Positions 60,966 to 64,000 of a stretch of 64,000 nt of DNA are shown one piece after another; position 1 is the stretch's first letter; every line of letters begins with the position of its first letter. The position numbers and the translations under genes were made by a program. The stretch is from Flavobacterium sp. (lineage in GTDB: Bacteria; Bacteroidota; Bacteroidia; Flavobacteriales; Flavobacteriaceae): assembly GCA_043744095.1 (NCBI GenBank), contig JAYTVI010000080.1:12280-76279 (forward strand), given 5' to 3'. The notes below the pieces were generated by a model. It was given only the letters and a program-made list of their open reading frames with translations. It did no database searches and was not told where the DNA came from.

Positions 60966-61475
60966 TTACCATTCATACCTAAAACCAATTTGCTGATTAC
61001 TAGCTAGTAATGTAAGTTTTTGAGTGGGTTTGTAATTATCTGTAAGACCTTTATTATAACTTGAAAGTGCCGATTTTATTTTTTTTGGATAACCAATTTT
61101 TATTGGTATTGAGGCAACAACACACACACCTCCAATTATTGCAACTGTCATACTTGCTCTTTTAGATTCTACATTTACATAACCCGAATTGCTGGTACTG
61201 TAAGTAGTATTGTCTGTAGATACTGCCGAGATTACATTTGCAACTATAAGCCCAAAACCTCCATAAAACAGAACATTACCAAATGTTTTTTTACTTCTAC
61301 CGGTATTGTATAAAGCTAAGGCTTCGGAATTATTTTCTAATAAAACCCTCATTTGTGTTGATTTAATTTTTTTATTTTCAGAATCCAATACCGTTCCACC
61401 ACTACCATAGTGTAGTTTTTGAGAGATAACAAATAAAGGAAAAAGAAGAATAATTGTTATGAATATTTTTTTCAT
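60966..61475 (-). CDS. Hypothetical exported/membrane protein
   Basis: Signal peptide, two glycine-rich hydrophobic segments, C-terminal IGFRYEW. Confidence 0.65.
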   Translation of the reverse strand: MKKIFITIILLFPLFVISQKLHYGSGGTVLDSENKKIKSTQMRVLLENNSEALALYNTGRSKKTFGNVLFYGGFGLIVANVISAVSTDNTTYSTSNSGYVNVESKRASMTVAIIGGVCVVASIPIKIGYPKKIKSALSSYNKGLTDNYKPTQKLTLLASNQQIGFRYEW

Positions 61476-61480
61476 TTTAT

Positions 61481-62164
61481 TTAAGATTTAATTGTTTCCA
61501 TATTTTTTTTAACATCTTCTAGTAATAGAGTGATTAATCTATCTATTTCATTATTGTAAGCATCAATATATTGCCAACTCAATTTTTTAGATGATTTGTA
61601 AACGTCTGATTGAGGTAACAATTTTGTATTTTCTAAAAAATCTTTTGCAAAGTATATACTATTATCTCTATTTAATATTTGATAACTACCTTTAAAGTCA
61701 TTTTTTTCTGGTGCAATATATCGTTTTTCAGAAACAGCATAAGCAAATATAAAATAATACACATCTCCTTTTTCTTGATACTTAAATTTTGAAGGTAAAT
61801 CATCAATATTTATTATAAGCCGTTTATTATCAAAAATTTTATTCAATCCCAATGATATCATTCTCTCTTTTATCGAACTATTTATCTGGTTTTCAATAGT
61901 TTCTTTATTAAACTCACAAATGATTTCAGAATTCCAACCCCAATAGAGCAAAGCAGGAATAAAAGAGTTTTTTTCTTGTTTGCATTCATTTACTAATGCA
62001 ATATTTTTGTTTATTTTGAATTCTACAAATTGATTGGAAATTTTATTTTTTTTCTTTTCAATTAATCGTGCTTGAACCATTGACTGCAATTTATCACTTT
62101 TTATAGCACAGCTAAAATTCAAAAACATTATAAAAACAGAGGTAATAATTACTATTTTTTTCAT
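61481..62164 (-). CDS. Hypothetical lipoprotein
   Basis: Lipobox NFSC; FIPALLYWGW motif. Confidence 0.65.
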   Translation of the reverse strand: MKKIVIITSVFIMFLNFSCAIKSDKLQSMVQARLIEKKKNKISNQFVEFKINKNIALVNECKQEKNSFIPALLYWGWNSEIICEFNKETIENQINSSIKERMISLGLNKIFDNKRLIINIDDLPSKFKYQEKGDVYYFIFAYAVSEKRYIAPEKNDFKGSYQILNRDNSIYFAKDFLENTKLLPQSDVYKSSKKLSWQYIDAYNNEIDRLITLLLEDVKKNMETIKS

Positions 62165-62455
62165 TTATAGTCTCTTAAAATTAATTTTATTTTCAAATAC
62201 TTATACCTAAGATTTAATTAAAAACTTTATAACAAAAACTTTTAAAAATAAAAAAAGAAATTTTATTTGTTTTTCAATTCAATCTTTTGCTAATCTAATG
62301 AATTGTTTTTTATTTTAATATAAATAAATTACCTTTTTTTAACAAAAATTTTTGAAAGTCCAAATTTAGATTATAAAACTAAATTTGATATTTAAATTAA
62401 ATGTATTTGTTATACTTTTTAATTACAATCCTACCTTTTTTATTATTTTAGCCAA

Positions 62456-63211
62456 ATGATTTCAATTGTAATTATTGGTTCAGGCAATGTGGCCCAACAC
62501 TTAATTTCTGCTTTCCAAAAAGCTGAAAATATTTCGTTGCTTCAAGTTGCAGCTCGAGATAAAAAAAGTCTTTTTCATCTTTTGGATAAAAGTAAGATTG
62601 TATCTGATTTTAATAATTTGAAAGAAGCAGATGTTTATATTATAGCAGTTTCTGACGATGTTATTATGTCAGCTTCTTCACTACTTCCTTTGGAAAACAA
62701 ATTGGTAGTACATACTTCTGGAAGTTTGAATGTCAATGATTTAGACTCTAAAAACAGGAAAGGTGTTTTCTATCCTTTACAAACATTTTCAAAAAATAAA
62801 GCAGTCGATTTTAGTCAAATACCTATTTGCTTAGAAGCTCAAAACGATGCCGATTTTCAATTATTAGAACTAGTTGCAAAGTCAATTTCTAATGTTACTT
62901 ATTCTATAAATTCAGAACAAAGAAAGGCATTGCATGTTGCCGCAGTTTTTGTCAATAATTTTGTCAATCATTTGTACCAAATTGGTGCCGCAATTTGTGA
63001 AGAAAATCAAATTTCGTTTGATATTTTAAAACCATTAATTCAAGAAACTGCAAATAAAATAATGCAGCTTTCTCCAAATGATGCACAAACAGGTCCAGCA
63101 AAAAGAGAAGATATGCAAACTATCGATATACATCTTAATTTTTTAAAAGATGCAAATCAACACAAATTATACCATATACTAACGAAATCTATTTTAGATC
63201 ATGGCAAGTAG
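62456..63211 (+). CDS. Rossmann-like plus DUF2520 domain protein
   Basis: IGSGNVA, IAVSDD, HTSGS, YPLQTF, LHVAAVFVNNF, QTGPA.R.D. Confidence 0.9.
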   Translation: MISIVIIGSGNVAQHLISAFQKAENISLLQVAARDKKSLFHLLDKSKIVSDFNNLKEADVYIIAVSDDVIMSASSLLPLENKLVVHTSGSLNVNDLDSKNRKGVFYPLQTFSKNKAVDFSQIPICLEAQNDADFQLLELVAKSISNVTYSINSEQRKALHVAAVFVNNFVNHLYQIGAAICEENQISFDILKPLIQETANKIMQLSPNDAQTGPAKREDMQTIDIHLNFLKDANQHKLYHILTKSILDHGK

Positions 63212-63728
63212 CTATAAACAAATAATGAACCATATTACGACTTTTATTTTTGATGTTGATGGTGTGTTAACAGACGGAACTGTTCGTGTTTCTCAAACAG
63301 GCGAAATGCTTCGAGATATGCATATTCGTGATGGTTTTGCAATGAAAGCTGCTTTAGAATGTGGTTATAATGTTTGCATTATTTCTGGCGGAAGCAATGA
63401 AGGTGTTCGCATTAGACTCAGAAATTTAGGAATCACAGATATACATTTAGCTGCACCAGATAAAGTGGCTACCTTCAAAGAATATATCGAATTGTATAAC
63501 ATAAAACCTGAACAAGTGTTGTATATGGGTGATGATATTCCTGATTATCACGTGATGCAATTAGTAGGTTTGCCAACGTGTCCGCAAGATGCAAGTCCAG
63601 AAATAAAAGGAATTTCAAATTATATTTCGCATATAAATGGAGGAAAAGGTGCAGTTCGTGATGTGATTGAGCAAGTGATGAAAGTGCAAGGCAAATGGAA
63701 TACTTATTTTAATGGCAAACATGATTAA
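63201..63728 (+). CDS. kdsC: KdsC-family HAD phosphatase
   Basis: FDVDGVLTDG, RDG, YMGDDIPD, GGKGAVRD.IE. Confidence 0.9.
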   Translation: MASSYKQIMNHITTFIFDVDGVLTDGTVRVSQTGEMLRDMHIRDGFAMKAALECGYNVCIISGGSNEGVRIRLRNLGITDIHLAAPDKVATFKEYIELYNIKPEQVLYMGDDIPDYHVMQLVGLPTCPQDASPEIKGISNYISHINGGKGAVRDVIEQVMKVQGKWNTYFNGKHD

Positions 63729-63759
63729 TGATTAAAATCTTCTTATTTATTATATTTAA

Positions 63760-64000
63760 ATGAAATACCTAAAACTCATTCGATACCAAAATCTATTATT
63801 ACTTGCTTTTATGCAGCTTGTTTTTTGTTTTGGTTTTTTGAAAATGCAAAAAATTGATTTGTCACTAGCCAATTGGCAATTTATTTTATTGGTTCTTTCT
63901 ACTATTTGCATTGCTGCTGGAGGATATATTATCAATAATATTATGGATCAAGATTCAGATTTAGAAAACAAACCTAATGATGTAGTTGTCGGAAAATCTA
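63760..64000 (+). CDS. UbiA-family prenyltransferase, 3'-truncated by window edge (not in ORF track)
   Basis: MKYLKLIRYQNLL...IAAGGYIINNIMDQDSDLENKP contains the UbiA NxxxDxxxD motif. Confidence 0.8.
   Translation, partial: MKYLKLIRYQNLLLLAFMQLVFCFGFLKMQKIDLSLANWQFILLVLSTICIAAGGYIINNIMDQDSDLENKPNDVVVGKS

Overview
AT-rich Bacteroidota chromosome segment, almost certainly Flavobacterium (inferred from TAnnTTTG promoter elements, a T9SS C-terminal domain protein, gene order and protein sequences). It is mostly housekeeping: ctaA, corA, hutI/hutG, RhlE-like helicase, ettA, holA, pcrA, guaB, pyrD, pcm, yggS, miaA, menA/B/D, ccsBA and kdsC. No rRNA, tRNA, transposase or CRISPR array was seen. Small accessory inserts carry the interesting signals. 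(1) A SatD (nucleotidyl-cyclase/mCpol-like palm plus HTH) and DUF3307 (membrane protein with His/Asp motifs) operon lies between hmgL and pyrD, preceded by four 28-bp tandem dyad repeats abutting its promoter. This is the best candidate for an undescribed nucleotide-signalling or defence system. (2) A four-helix-bundle (IVP/bAvd-like) gene is flanked by mutually complementary CAAT/ATTG hexamer arrays. (3) An unannotated, frameshifted HicB-like gene is coupled to an intact, possibly HicA-like gene. (4) A TonB-receptor/TPR/His-kinase/2TM/LytTR module has two identically spaced LytTR boxes. (5) A Flavo-1-like long hairpin and a structured guaB leader lie between guaB and hmgL. All family assignments come from motif recognition, not database searches.
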